Shown: positions 10,419 to 21,411, counted from the stretch's first letter. The stretch: DNA of 64,000 nucleotides from Candidatus Zhuqueibacterota bacterium (GCA_049322915.1 JBMOPW010000026.1:32001-96000), one strand, 5' to 3'. Made by a program: numbers and translations. The notes: generated by a model from the sequence alone, not told the origin.

Positions 10419-10534
10419 AATAGAACACGGATAATCCATCAAAGAAGCGGCTGACGTACCGCACTGATGACACCGATTTACTCCTATAAAGAATCCGTGA
10501 AGATCAGCATCATCCGCGTCATCAGCGTTCTATT
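10419..10534. repeat. Intergenic repeat (type D) with terminal inverted repeats
   Basis: aatagaacac...gcgttctatt ends; approximately 9-bp periodic atcagcatc/atccgcgtc/atcagcgtt units; related to 1450-1549. Confidence 0.55.
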
Positions 10535-10737
10535 TCTTTTTTGGTTCCCGGCTCGTCCTGGTTGGGAATTCGATGAAGATCAAGCAGCAACTTGAACAGG
10601 CTCGTCAGACCCGGGCCTTCGCTAATGACAGACAGTATCTCTGGCCGTTATGAGCCCGTGTCCACGATAAAAATAAAGGCGCTTCAACTGCGCCGTGAAA
10701 CGGACAGCGTCCCGGTCGAAGCGCCTGAATCGCTTTG

Positions 10738-11313
10738 CTATAATTTTCTGCTTTCAAACCATTGCAGCGCGATGATGGTTTTGGCGTCAACGATTTCGCC
10801 CTGATGCAGCATGTCGTACACTTTCTCCCGCGGCAGTTTCACGACGGCAATATTTTCGTCTTCTCCAACGGCGCCGCCGCCCCGGGCAATCTGGTCCTTT
10901 TCTTCTACTTCGGCATAAAACAGATAAATGATTTCGTTGCTGCCGCCCGGCGTTGGGTAAAAATAAAACAGCGACTTCACACTGGATGGCTGGTAACCAG
11001 TCTCTTCCATTATCTCCCTGCGGATAGCATCTTCAGGAGAACCATCGTCATCAATCATGCCAGCGACGACCTCCAGGGACCAAGCCAGGTTTTCATCCCG
11101 CGTATAAATCGGGTAGCGGAATTGTCTGACCAGGATAATGGTATCATTTTCAGGATTGTAAAGAAGCGCCGCGCACGCCTCGCCGCGAAGCAAATTCAAT
11201 CGGACAATATCTTCGCTCATCGTGCCATCGAATTTTTCGTGCTGCAGGATGGCGCGATCAACCTTGAAAAAGTCATCCAGTATTCTATGCTTCTGTTTTA
11301 GGTGTACTTTCAT
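10738..11313 (-). CDS. Nudix hydrolase, ADP-ribose/NDP-sugar pyrophosphatase (NudF/NudK-like)
   Basis: VRQFRYP, Nudix box AGMID...REIMEETG, PGGSNE and DAKTIIALQW. Confidence 0.9.
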   Translation of the reverse strand: MKVHLKQKHRILDDFFKVDRAILQHEKFDGTMSEDIVRLNLLRGEACAALLYNPENDTIILVRQFRYPIYTRDENLAWSLEVVAGMIDDDGSPEDAIRREIMEETGYQPSSVKSLFYFYPTPGGSNEIIYLFYAEVEEKDQIARGGGAVGEDENIAVVKLPREKVYDMLHQGEIVDAKTIIALQWFESRKL

Positions 11314-11314
11314 T

Positions 11315-12145
11315 TCATCGAATGGGTTGATAATCTAAAAACAGTGAATAGCTGAACATTTGAAACAAGAAATGGTAAATGGCAATCAGGAACGTGAATA
11401 CGCTCAGACTGGTCGTCTGCCCTGAGGTATGCAAAAGCCAACTGGCGAAAAAGATGACCGTGGCTGAAACAAAGCTGATGAGCATCGCTGAATAGTAGAA
11501 CACATTGCTCTTCTTGCCTGGCTTGGGCAGGCTTTTACTGTCCCACAAAAATGCAGAGCGGGCGAGGTCATCCGGGACGCGACCGTTGACGACGTAAAAT
11601 TCTTTGATCTGGTTCATCGCGGCGGCGCTGCTGCACCAGGCCTGTCGCAGCCGGACGATGTGCATGAAATAAATCCAGCCGATGACATTGATTACGATGG
11701 CCAATACCGTTACAATCCCGACAGAAACAGCGCCGGGGGCAGTCCCCTCCAATTTAAAAAACTGGCTGCTAATGATTGTAAAAATGCCGCCGGCGATGAG
11801 CAGAAAGTAGTTCACCATCGTGTGGCGGTCGTCCATGGCCTGTTTGGCCGTTTCTCTGATGTATTCGAATTCCTGGATCAAAATATCGGTGAGTAAAAAT
11901 GAATTCTCCTGCAGCCGTGGATTCTTCAGTTTTTTAATATAGAGCACCCGGTTGGACGTGGAGTCCTTGAAAGTGAAAAAGGTGATAATGATGACGGCCT
12001 GGATAAATACGAGATAAATCACCAATGACTGCTGATGCATATCTTTTTTAAAATAGAATGCCGTAAAAGCGAAAATGATGCTTACTGCGACGGTGGTCGC
12101 AATAAAGATGGCACGTTTTAATGTGCTGTTCAGCGTAAAAAACAT
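11315..12145 (-). CDS. Multi-pass membrane protein of unknown function
   Basis: About six hydrophobic helices around an amphipathic segment EFEYIRETAKQAMDDRHTMVNYF. GGAG RBS; stop is 1 bp from the Nudix start. Confidence 0.75.
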   Translation of the reverse strand: MFFTLNSTLKRAIFIATTVAVSIIFAFTAFYFKKDMHQQSLVIYLVFIQAVIIITFFTFKDSTSNRVLYIKKLKNPRLQENSFLLTDILIQEFEYIRETAKQAMDDRHTMVNYFLLIAGGIFTIISSQFFKLEGTAPGAVSVGIVTVLAIVINVIGWIYFMHIVRLRQAWCSSAAAMNQIKEFYVVNGRVPDDLARSAFLWDSKSLPKPGKKSNVFYYSAMLISFVSATVIFFASWLLHTSGQTTSLSVFTFLIAIYHFLFQMFSYSLFLDYQPIR

Positions 12146-12437
12146 AATGCACTCCTTGAGTTATTGAATTTGGAATAGAAAAAGTTGTAATGGCTGTTCC
12201 AGAAATCGAACAGATGAAATATCTGTGAGAGGATGAGTGCCATTGAACAGAGTTATTGTGACGACAAAAGATGAAATCTGATTCGGAATTAACCTCCTTT
12301 CTCGACTAATGTTAATTTCTTCGTTGGCAGCAGGGACGAATCAGCAGAGCGACGGGATCGGTCTGGCATGGACCCATCAAAGCAGGGATGCGGCATAATT
12401 TCGGAACCGCTCCCCAATCAGACGCCGGTTGCGGTTA

Positions 12438-14135
12438 TCAGCGACCCTGGCGAACCACAAATTGGTCGACGAAATAGGTCGCTGACAGGTTTTCGCCGGT
12501 GGCTCGCTTGATCAATTCATTCCAGGGATAGGTCGAACCCGGGACGAAGATTTTCTCCTTCAAATACTCGCCCACTCGCTGTTCGCGGACGAATGAGACG
12601 CCGGCGTCCGCATCTTGCTCCAGAACATGTTTCACGATGAACCCATGGAGTTGAGAAGCCAATAATTCGCCCAGCATGTAGTTGTGATAATACACGGGCG
12701 ATGATGAGAGATGAATTTTTGCTGCCCAGTCCGGCGCAGACCGCCCTTCCGGTTTTTTGATGAACTGGTACTTCTCCTGCAAGGACCACCATAGCGCGTT
12801 CAGGTCCTGGTCCGGGTTGGCATACAGTTCCTGTTCAAATCGGAACATCACCTGGCACCAGCGGGCAAAGACCATTTGTTTCAACCGCAGTGTTTTTTGA
12901 ACCCGCCCATGAATTTCATCGCGCTGGCCATCGCTAAGGTTCACCATCTCCTGCAGCCAGAATGCATTGCGGGACAGTCGCCCGAAAAACATGGCAATGG
13001 CCTCGGTCGTGAAAATGTGGGCCGGCTCGCGCAGCAGAAACGGCAGATCCGGGCTGAGGTTCGCGTCGTAAACCGCATGCCCCAGTTCGTGAAGCATGGT
13101 TTCCATCCACGATTCGTCATTCTTCAGATTGGCCAAAATTCTCACATCCTTGTCGCGATCGATGCTGATGCAGAAGGCATGAGGATTCTTTCCCCGTTTT
13201 TCGTAAAGATCGCTCCGGGCCAGAATGTCATCGACCGGCAGGTTGATTCCGCTGTAAAAATTCCGGGCCAACTGCTTCACGTCCGAGCGCTCAAAATATT
13301 TGTCCAGATCGACGTCGTACACCATGGGGCCTTCCTGGAAAAATGGATCGTGATAATGCCAGGGCATCAAATTCTCAGCCGCGACTCCGTATCTCCGGGC
13401 CAGCGTGTCGTCCAGTTCGTGCTTCAATGCGCGAAAGGGTTCATCAGTCAACTCGGCAAGCTCATTGAAAATGGCATTCAACTCGCTCAGATTTTGCTCG
13501 GACAGCGTGAGCGACATCAGATAGAAATTTTCGAAACCGAGTTTCACCGCAGCCTGATTGCGGAGCTTCACCAATTCAATGATATCGTCAGCAACCTGCT
13601 GTCCCACCTGCTTGCTGGCAAGCCAGGCTTCGCGACGTTTTTCGGTGTCAGTTTCTTTCCTCAAAATTTCTTTAATTTCATTGTCTGTCACCTCGCGCTG
13701 GCCGATCTTCGCCCGATACACATTGAATTTGTTCTCGACAGCCGTGCTTTTTTCAACGATCTGCCTGAGCAGCTCAGGTTCAATCTGATTACTCAAATAG
13801 CCGTTGTAAAGCAGGTCCAACTGACGTTTCAACATCGGCTCCATGAGCTGACCGGAATTCTTCAAATCGGACAGATAGTTGAAATCATCTTTATTCGAAT
13901 AAATCGTCCGCAGCTTCAGTTCAACTTCAGCATAGGCATCAAAATCTTCCTTGCTGCCAGTCAATGATGCATTCCAATAATGCAGCGCCATTTCTTTCAT
14001 CAAAGGCTGAATGGCTGCCACGTGATTTTCTACAAACGTTTTGAATTGTGTTTCCATCGCATTCTCCCCACAGCCTGTCCACCAAAGTAATGATAGGAAA
14101 AGTAATACGTGTGCTTGTCGGCCCCGCATGAACAT
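12438..14135 (-). CDS. Zinc metallopeptidase lipoprotein (M2 peptidyl-dipeptidase / M3-like)
   Basis: Lipobox-like LLWWTGC; HELGH zinc motif, downstream TEAIAM and WAAKIH...PVYYHNY. Confidence 0.85.
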   Translation of the reverse strand: MFMRGRQAHVLLFLSLLWWTGCGENAMETQFKTFVENHVAAIQPLMKEMALHYWNASLTGSKEDFDAYAEVELKLRTIYSNKDDFNYLSDLKNSGQLMEPMLKRQLDLLYNGYLSNQIEPELLRQIVEKSTAVENKFNVYRAKIGQREVTDNEIKEILRKETDTEKRREAWLASKQVGQQVADDIIELVKLRNQAAVKLGFENFYLMSLTLSEQNLSELNAIFNELAELTDEPFRALKHELDDTLARRYGVAAENLMPWHYHDPFFQEGPMVYDVDLDKYFERSDVKQLARNFYSGINLPVDDILARSDLYEKRGKNPHAFCISIDRDKDVRILANLKNDESWMETMLHELGHAVYDANLSPDLPFLLREPAHIFTTEAIAMFFGRLSRNAFWLQEMVNLSDGQRDEIHGRVQKTLRLKQMVFARWCQVMFRFEQELYANPDQDLNALWWSLQEKYQFIKKPEGRSAPDWAAKIHLSSSPVYYHNYMLGELLASQLHGFIVKHVLEQDADAGVSFVREQRVGEYLKEKIFVPGSTYPWNELIKRATGENLSATYFVDQFVVRQGR

Positions 14136-14175
14136 TCCTCGAAGATTTCGGTTTCGTTTAACAGTCGTTTCGAAA

Positions 14176-14204
14176 ATAATACAAAATTATATTTACAATT
14201 TCAA
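14176..14204 (-). promoter_or_regulatory. Sigma70-type promoter for the peptidase gene
   Basis: Minus strand TTGAAA-17 bp-TATTAT, about 40 bp upstream of the ORF start. Confidence 0.55.
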
Positions 14205-14382
14205 GTATTATTTAGACTTTCAGGACATTAAACATGCATATTTTTTGTTCGTCATGGCGGAAATTCAGGAATCCATGATGGCGCTGGATGGATGACCTAT
14301 CTTTTTTGTCCCGGAAGGTTTTATCCGACAGATTGAACCGGGCTGGCGCGATTTTTTCCTGAACAAAACCGGCAAAAAAACG

Positions 14383-14411
14383 TTGACATTTATAACTGCG
14401 TTTGCTATAAT
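14383..14411 (+). promoter_or_regulatory. Perfect-consensus sigma70 promoter with extended -10
   Basis: TTGACA (14383-14388), 17 bp spacer ending TGc, then TATAAT (14406-14411). Confidence 0.8.
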
Positions 14412-14714
14412 TGGATCGACAGGTGATCTCTGAGGCCGGGCGAAATCGATGAAAATCGAAAAGACAAAAAATACATGCTTTATCCTGATCCTTGTATCAT
14501 GGTTGACCGCGAGAATGTGGTGGGCTTTGGAGTTTTCGCGACTGGCATTTTGCCGAACCTATCCCAGGAAATCCGTTGTGTACAAAATACAATCCCATCG
14601 GCTCGACGTGAGCTACTGGAATTATGAGAAAGACAGATTGAGTGTACTGAATTATGACTCGAAGAACAACACCTGTGTGATTTATAAATTCACTGAGACG
14701 CATTTCAATTAGAC

Positions 14715-15593
14715 ATGGAATTCAACATGGCCCCAGCGAAAACGAAGCATGCGATTGTTTGCCCCAATTGCGGGAAGTTAATCAGCGCGGATGCGGAAGA
14801 ATGTATTCATTGCGGAATTAAAAATCCCGGTCGGCCGGGGTTGTTCACCTTTGCGCAGAAAATTTTCAGCCGGTCTCTTGATTTTGTCGACATCATCACG
14901 TACTTCTGCGTCGGGCTGTATGTCATCGCCCTGCTCATCGATCTCCCGGGTGCGTTGAGTCCGCGGGGCGGAATTTTGAACTTTTTGTCGCCAAGTTCGA
15001 AAAGCCTGATCATCCTCGGCATGACAGGGAAGTGGTTCATGGAACTGGGCCGGTATTGGACGCTCATCACCGCTATTTACCTGCATGGCGGCGTGTTGCA
15101 CATTTTGTTTAACATGCTCTGGATTCGCCAATTGGGTCCCATGGTTGAGGACATTTTTGGAACGTCGCGGTTTATTCTCATTTTCACGATTTCTGGTGTG
15201 GCCGGATTCATCCTGTCCACTGCCTTTTTGAGCAATCCAACAATTGGCGCGTCCGGCTCGATCTTTGGATTGTTGGGCGCCCTAATCTATTATGGGCGCG
15301 CGCGAGGGGGTGTGTTCGGACAGATTGTTTACCCGCAGCTATTGAACTGGGCTGTGGTGATGTTCCTGTTCGGATTCTTCTTCCCGGCCGTCAATAATCT
15401 GGCCCATTTGGGTGGATTCATCGGCGGCTATGCAGCGGGACATATTTTAAGCTATCAGGAGCGTAGCTGGGAGAATTCAAACCATAAACGGTTAGCCACG
15501 ATTGCCATTGGGCTCACCGTTCTCGCCTTTGTCATAGTCATTATCACTATTCCCAGATCGCTGGATCTGTACTATCGATATGTCAGCCATTAG
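14715..15593 (+). CDS. Rhomboid intramembrane serine protease with N-terminal zinc ribbon
   Basis: CPNC...CIHC ribbon; HILFNM, catalytic GASG and AHLGG; multiple TM helices. Confidence 0.92.
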   Translation: MEFNMAPAKTKHAIVCPNCGKLISADAEECIHCGIKNPGRPGLFTFAQKIFSRSLDFVDIITYFCVGLYVIALLIDLPGALSPRGGILNFLSPSSKSLIILGMTGKWFMELGRYWTLITAIYLHGGVLHILFNMLWIRQLGPMVEDIFGTSRFILIFTISGVAGFILSTAFLSNPTIGASGSIFGLLGALIYYGRARGGVFGQIVYPQLLNWAVVMFLFGFFFPAVNNLAHLGGFIGGYAAGHILSYQERSWENSNHKRLATIAIGLTVLAFVIVIITIPRSLDLYYRYVSH

Positions 15594-15905
15594 GACCGAG
15601 GTTGTAACGTCCCTGGCGCCGAGCAATCACAAATAGACAGGGATGTGAGGAAAATGTATTTCTGAGTTACCGGAAGTGATCCAGCTTGGGTATGCCTGAT
15701 TTCGTTGGCGATACAACCTGTCTGGTTGCAGTCCGTTCAATGCTGATTGATGCGCATGGAGTAGTTTTAACCGAACAAATGTTTTGTTTGACCGGACAGT
15801 TGTTTGGTTTTCACAAGGACCGTTGTCTGTGATTTGTATCGCCTGATATTTCATGGAACGCTATCAAGTCGTTCGCTATTCAAATCATAATAGCAGATTT
15901 TTGTA

Positions 15906-16994
15906 ATGAAAGCTACAATTCAACGTCGTCTTGCCGGGAATGTTAATGCAGGTTTTTTGATCAACCTCGCATTTCTTCTCACCATTCATTCTTATGCGTC
16001 GGCTCAAACCACCATTGCCTTTGCCGGGGTCGATACGCTGGTGGATAAAGCGCTGAACCTGGTTTACGATCAAAAGTATGACGAGGCCATTGCTCTTTGC
16101 GAGCAGGTGATACAGAAATATCCGGAGAATCCCCTGGGCTATTTTGGCCACGCGGCTGTGTATCATCTTTACATGATGTCCTACCGGGTCAACATCTTCG
16201 ATGATAAATTTGATAGTCTCGCTGCGTTGACCATTGAAATCGGCGATCGCGCTGTTCTGAAAAATGTCAAAGATCCAAATGCTCATTTTGTGCTGGGGGC
16301 GACCTATGGGTTTCGCGGATTGAACCGCATTCGCAAGGGGCAATGGTTCAAAGCGTTTCTGGATGGCGTCAAAGGGGTTTCCAATATCAAGCAGGCGCAC
16401 AGTCTGGATGAATCGCTGTGGGATACATATTTTGGTCTTGGCCTCTATTATTATTGGAAAAGCTCCAAAGCCCGTGTGCTGACCTTCCTTCGGATGATGA
16501 AAGACGAGCGCGAGAAAGGGATCGAGTATTTGAAAATTGCCGGTGAGAAAGGCCGCTTCACGGCATTGGAGAGTAAAATTTCACTGGTGGAAATATTTTA
16601 TTATGAGGACAGGTACGAAGAAGCGCTGGCCGAATGCTTTTCGATTCAACACCGATTCAGGGATGACCCCACCTGGAATTATATCACTGCGAAAACCTTG
16701 ACGAAATTAGGTCGCTACAGCGAAGCGAAACAATATTTTGCTCACCTCATTCAACTGCTGGAGAAAGCGGAGCACCAGAGCAACAGCTATTTGGGCGAAT
16801 GCTTTTTTGGCCTGGCGAAATGCTATTTCGAGCTGAAGCAGTACGACCAGGCAAAGGAGTTTCTGGTGTCCGCGAAAAAACTGGTCAGCCTGAAGGACAC
16901 AGAGCGCGAGATTGAAGGCCCTCTGTTGGATTACGATCTGGTCATAAAACGTATGGATGAGCTTGAAATCGAGCTTTCCCTGATCAACGGTTGA
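15906..16994 (+). CDS. Secreted/periplasmic tetratricopeptide-repeat protein
   Basis: Signal-like N-terminus (SASAQ-type cleavage); repeated TPR-like helices such as YFGLGLYY, GRYSEAKQYF and LAKCYFELKQYDQA. Confidence 0.8.
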   Translation: MKATIQRRLAGNVNAGFLINLAFLLTIHSYASAQTTIAFAGVDTLVDKALNLVYDQKYDEAIALCEQVIQKYPENPLGYFGHAAVYHLYMMSYRVNIFDDKFDSLAALTIEIGDRAVLKNVKDPNAHFVLGATYGFRGLNRIRKGQWFKAFLDGVKGVSNIKQAHSLDESLWDTYFGLGLYYYWKSSKARVLTFLRMMKDEREKGIEYLKIAGEKGRFTALESKISLVEIFYYEDRYEEALAECFSIQHRFRDDPTWNYITAKTLTKLGRYSEAKQYFAHLIQLLEKAEHQSNSYLGECFFGLAKCYFELKQYDQAKEFLVSAKKLVSLKDTEREIEGPLLDYDLVIKRMDELEIELSLING

Positions 16995-17053
16995 GATGAG
17001 CCATCTGATTCAGGAAGTGATTCGAATAGGATCTAAACCCATGAGAATAAAAT

Positions 17054-17542
17054 ATGAATGATGCTCAACAAAGTCCTTACGTGGATTTTTATGAGTCTCC
17101 GATAGGGCTTTTTGAAATATGCGCCACAGAAACCGCCATCACCCATGTCCTGTTTGTCGAGACGTCAGATAAGAGAGAAATCAAGTCATCTGCGTTGGTC
17201 AAAAAGTGTCGGGATCAGTTGGCCGAGTATTTTCAAGGGAATCGTCGGACCTTTGATCTGCCATTAGCGCCACGCGGAACAGCGTTTCAAAAATCGGTCT
17301 GGAGCGAATTGAGTAAAATTCCCTTTGGCGCAACGACGTCCTATCTGGAAATTGGCAAGAGAATTGGCAACACCAGAGCTGTTCGCGCCATTGGCGGCGC
17401 AAACGGGAAAAACCCAATCAACGTCATTGTGCCATGCCACAGGGTTATTGGCGCCAATGGCACGTTAGTGGGATACGGCGGCGGGTTGTGGCGGAAGCAA
17501 TGGCTGTTGAATCATGAGAAGTCAACAGACTGTGCGCGCTAG
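17054..17542 (+). CDS. ogt: Methylated-DNA-protein cysteine methyltransferase
   Basis: GTAFQKSVW, RAIGGANGKNP, active-site PCHRV and GYGGGLWRK. Confidence 0.95.
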   Translation: MNDAQQSPYVDFYESPIGLFEICATETAITHVLFVETSDKREIKSSALVKKCRDQLAEYFQGNRRTFDLPLAPRGTAFQKSVWSELSKIPFGATTSYLEIGKRIGNTRAVRAIGGANGKNPINVIVPCHRVIGANGTLVGYGGGLWRKQWLLNHEKSTDCAR

Positions 17543-17726
17543 TCTGAGCGACCTGCCATTGCAGCTTGATGTGTCAACGCGAAAATACTCTCGGAGCCTG
17601 AGTGATCTTCCCGCTCCGAACGATTGCGGACATGCAAGAGGCTGGGCGCTGCATCCGGATTGAGGAAATTCGATTGACAGAACGATTCAAACGCATTAAC
17701 CAACTGAATAACTGAGGAGAACGAAC

Positions 17727-18518
17727 ATGCAAAGTCACAAAGTGGATTACGAAATTTTTGGCGACGATATGCAGGTTGTGGAAGTTGAATTGGATCATGG
17801 CGAAACGGTCATTGCCGAGGCCGGCGCGATGAACTGGCTGGATGAGGGCATTGTCTTTGAAGCGCGCATGGGCGATGGTTCCAAGCCAGAACAGGGATTA
17901 TTGGACAAAGTGATGGGCGCTGCCATGCGCAAGTTGACCGGCGAATCGATTTTCATGACCCATTTCACCAATCAAAGTAACGCGAAAAGCCGGGTGGCGT
18001 TTGCAGCGCCGTACCCGGGCAAAATCATTCCCATCGATTTGTCGACGGTCAGCGGTGATCTGCTCTGCCAGAAAGATGCATTTCTGTGCGCAGCCCTGGG
18101 GACAGAGGTCAGCATTGCGCTCACGAAACGATTCGGCACAGGATTGTTCGGCGGCGAAGGTTTCATTTTGCAGCGACTGCGAGGCGATGGAATGGTATTT
18201 GTGCACGCCTGTGGCACCATCATAAAACGCGAATTACACGGCGAAACGCTGCGGCTGGATACCGGCTGTCTCGTCGCCTTCACCAACGGCATTGATTACG
18301 ACATTCAGCGGGCCGGCGGTTTGAAGTCCATGTTCTTCGGTGGCGAAGGTCTGTTTTTGGCTACGCTTCGAGGCACTGGTGTGGCTTGGCTGCAAAGTCT
18401 TCCGTTCTCCCGGCTCGCGGATCGGATTCTGCGAAGCGCGCCATCCGCCGGCGGCCGACGATCTGAAGAAGGCTCCGTTCTGGGCGGATTGGGCAGTTTT
18501 CTCGGCGGCGATAGATAA
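17727..18518 (+). CDS. TIGR00266 / AIM24 family protein
   Basis: AEAGAM, TGESIF, CQKDAFL and repeated FGGEG motifs; WLQSLP. Confidence 0.9.
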   Translation: MQSHKVDYEIFGDDMQVVEVELDHGETVIAEAGAMNWLDEGIVFEARMGDGSKPEQGLLDKVMGAAMRKLTGESIFMTHFTNQSNAKSRVAFAAPYPGKIIPIDLSTVSGDLLCQKDAFLCAALGTEVSIALTKRFGTGLFGGEGFILQRLRGDGMVFVHACGTIIKRELHGETLRLDTGCLVAFTNGIDYDIQRAGGLKSMFFGGEGLFLATLRGTGVAWLQSLPFSRLADRILRSAPSAGGRRSEEGSVLGGLGSFLGGDR

Positions 18519-18925
18519 AATTGATGGCCTCCCATGGAACGATACGTGGGAGGCTGTCTCCTCACACATTCCCCTCAATAATCCGACTTTTTCGATTGTG
18601 TCAAATCGAAAGATGATATCAAATTAACAGGCAAATTGTTTGGTCCTCTGGTCGAATAAACATGTCCCCGGCAAAATGGCTTCGACCGCAGCACGGCCAT
18701 TTGTTTTGCTGGTGATACCAACCGTCAGTTGCATGACGCGATCCTGCCGTGTTTTCCACCTATGCTGTAGATGTTGGATTGTCCTGAAAGATAACTTCGG
18801 AGAGCCTTTCGCGCATTACCGGAGCAAGGCGATAGGGGTGAGAATATCCAGTAAAATGGCCACGCATTCGACTTCGGGACAGGTTTTGATTCATGTTGAA
18901 AAGCAGACGCCTGGACCAGGGAGAG

Positions 18926-19423
18926 TTAATTCCTGTTTTTAAGCAGTTTGATCAGCACGACCTCCATGCCGTCTTTTTTTCTGGTGAATTTGACTTTATC
19001 CATGAGGAGCGACATCAGGTAGACGCCGCGGCCATTTGTTTTTTTGAGATTATTGGGATTGAGCGGATTGGGCAGTTCTTTGAAATCGAAGCCATCGCCC
19101 TGGTCATTGATCGTGAGCTGGATGTGTTCGCTGGTGATGAGAATTTTTATCGAGACTGTTTTGGTCGCTTGCCTTTTATTGCCATGGATGATGGCATTGG
19201 CCAGCGCCTCGGACAGAGCGGTCGCAAGTTCGCTTCGCATTTGCGATGAACAGCAGCGGGCGTCATCAAGAAGCCGTTCGAATAGCTGAATCGTGCTCGT
19301 GATCTGATCCGTCGAGCTCTGTATCATGAAGTTATATTGGAGATTTTGCTCTGCAATACCAGACCCATTGCTGTTAACCAGGTTTTCGGAAAGGTTGTTT
19401 TCTGAATCATTCATACGTCGCAT
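18926..19423 (-). CDS. RsbW-like anti-sigma factor / HATPase domain protein
   Basis: EALANAIIHGN, DQGDGFD and GRGVYLM motifs. Confidence 0.88.
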   Translation of the reverse strand: MRRMNDSENNLSENLVNSNGSGIAEQNLQYNFMIQSSTDQITSTIQLFERLLDDARCCSSQMRSELATALSEALANAIIHGNKRQATKTVSIKILITSEHIQLTINDQGDGFDFKELPNPLNPNNLKKTNGRGVYLMSLLMDKVKFTRKKDGMEVVLIKLLKNRN

Positions 19424-20280
19424 CGTTCTAAATGAAAATTCATTGGCATGGTATCATTCTAATTATTGAATACAAAATCCGTCGTGTCATTCGTGCAGCA
19501 AACCTTTCAGAGAATCAATGCATCATGAGGTACCTGTCGTCCGGTGAAATGGCCGAAATCCTTTCGTGTCATCTGGATGAATTGCAACGCTTAAAATCGC
19601 TTCACCCCCGGTGAATTGAATCGAATGCTAAAATCCTATACGGCTGATTCATTAAATTGATTCACATTTTCTTGGCGGCGCCGATTCAGCGAGGACAGTG
19701 TGACAGGGCTCCGGGGCCAGGAGAAATTCCGCACGCTAACCCTGGCTCTGCCCACATGGGTAAAGAATTCGGGGCAGGTAAGCGATGAACTGCTGATGCT
19801 GGTTCAGGTATGGCTCAATGTCATTTCGTCCGGTTCAATATCGATCATCCTGACTGCTGCTGATTACCTATTCAAAAATAGATACCTAAGCAAGGCTATA
19901 AGTCGTAACGTTAAATTAAATATTAAATTGTTTTCATAAAAAGTGATTGTGGGCATGTCAACCGGGGTGAAAGTCGATTAATTTTGCTTTGTCAATTGAA
20001 AGATGCGACACTCATGTCATGTGCGGGAATGAAACAAATGCATCATTTTATAACAGTGTCGGATAATTTGCGCAGGGTAGACGATTCCACGAAACACGCA
20101 GCAGTGGCGCTGATTCTGATGCAGCACCGATGTTTACCGATTGTTGCAATATAGCTAACAGCTAATGAATGTTATAATAACGAAGTATATTTTTAACTGG
20201 CATTAAAATTGCAAATTGCTAAATAAATCTAAGGCATTTTTAATCAATTATTTTGAAGAGTAACCGTATCGGAGATAGAC

Positions 20281-21387
20281 ATGAAGAAATTATTTTCGAC
20301 TATCATCTTAATTTTTCTGGTACTAATGTCAGCTCACCCGAACCGCGCGACCGGAGGTTGCCTGGTAGATGATGTCACGGCCGAGTTGGAAATTTTCATC
20401 GCTGACGCAAGTGTGCTATTTTTGAATGATTTGAATTTAGCCAATCTGGAAGCGACGCCGCTGCTGTTCTCAGTGACGGTACAGAATAATACCAATGCAA
20501 TAAAGTCGGTGACGTTGCACTTTGGCATCAATCGGGGCAGCGATGTGCTGATTGCCGGCGTCAGCCGGCCGTTCGACATGCAACCCCACGAGGTCATCTA
20601 TTTGACCAATCAGAATATCTTCTCGGGCGGCCAGAGGTATTCTCTGGAGAATATTGATATTGGCAGCGCGGCTGAAGATTTGAAAAATGCAATATTAGCC
20701 TCCGGTAAATTGCCGGCCGGCAGCTACCAGTTTTATGTGAAAGTCGACTACCAGGACAACACGCATCAGAATCAGGAAGCTTTCTCCGATGAGATTTTGA
20801 ATATCACCGATCCGACCATCCTGGACTTAACTTCACCGGGTCAATCGGCGGAGATGCCCGATGTGATGGAACTGTTCACACCATTCCCGTTCTTTGTGTG
20901 GCAATCCAATGCCTCGGAATTCGAGATAACCGTGTGCGAAAAAATGAGCACCAATAGCTCTCCATCGGACGTGATGACCAATGAGCCCCGGTTGCGACAA
21001 ACGATTCCGTGGACATTCTTTCAATATCCCTCGGCCGGCGCGTGGCCGTTGGAAGAAGGGAAGACCTACTACTGGCAGGTGTTTGCAACCGTTCCGTCTT
21101 CCAGCGGTCCAATTCGGTTGGAGAGCGAGATATGGGGATTCAAAATCGGGAATGTCAGCGGCGGTATGTTGTCGGTTGAGCATGCGCAAATGGTGAGTCT
21201 GCTGCAAACGCTCTTCCCCACCGGCGGGATCGAAGGATTATTCGAACCAGGGGGCATTCTGGAGGGTTTTACGTTTACAGGTGTCATGACAGTCAATGGT
21301 CAGCCCTTCACGATGGAGGATTTGAAGGCATTCTTTCAGAAAGTGCTGAATAAAGAATATACGATTGATTCTTACAGTGTGGAATGA
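20281..21387 (+). CDS. Secreted protein of unknown function (beta-rich, Fn3/Ig-like segments)
   Basis: GGAG RBS and signal peptide; LPAGSY and LEEGKTYYWQV Fn3-like motifs; first gene of a four-gene operon. Confidence 0.75.
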   Translation: MKKLFSTIILIFLVLMSAHPNRATGGCLVDDVTAELEIFIADASVLFLNDLNLANLEATPLLFSVTVQNNTNAIKSVTLHFGINRGSDVLIAGVSRPFDMQPHEVIYLTNQNIFSGGQRYSLENIDIGSAAEDLKNAILASGKLPAGSYQFYVKVDYQDNTHQNQEAFSDEILNITDPTILDLTSPGQSAEMPDVMELFTPFPFFVWQSNASEFEITVCEKMSTNSSPSDVMTNEPRLRQTIPWTFFQYPSAGAWPLEEGKTYYWQVFATVPSSSGPIRLESEIWGFKIGNVSGGMLSVEHAQMVSLLQTLFPTGGIEGLFEPGGILEGFTFTGVMTVNGQPFTMEDLKAFFQKVLNKEYTIDSYSVE

Positions 21388-21411
21388 GTTGAAAACAGGA
21401 GCGCCCGAAAT

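Noticed and set aside
12876..13967. Long antisense ORF (363 aa), and similar shadow ORFs at 2185-2988, 33671-34549 and 59488-60291
   Set aside because: They lie opposite well-supported genes and have no recognisable motifs; they are reverse-frame shadows.
15828..15843. CRP-like site TGTGA-N6-TCGCC upstream of the TPR gene
   Set aside because: It has two mismatches in the second half-site and occurs once, which could be chance.
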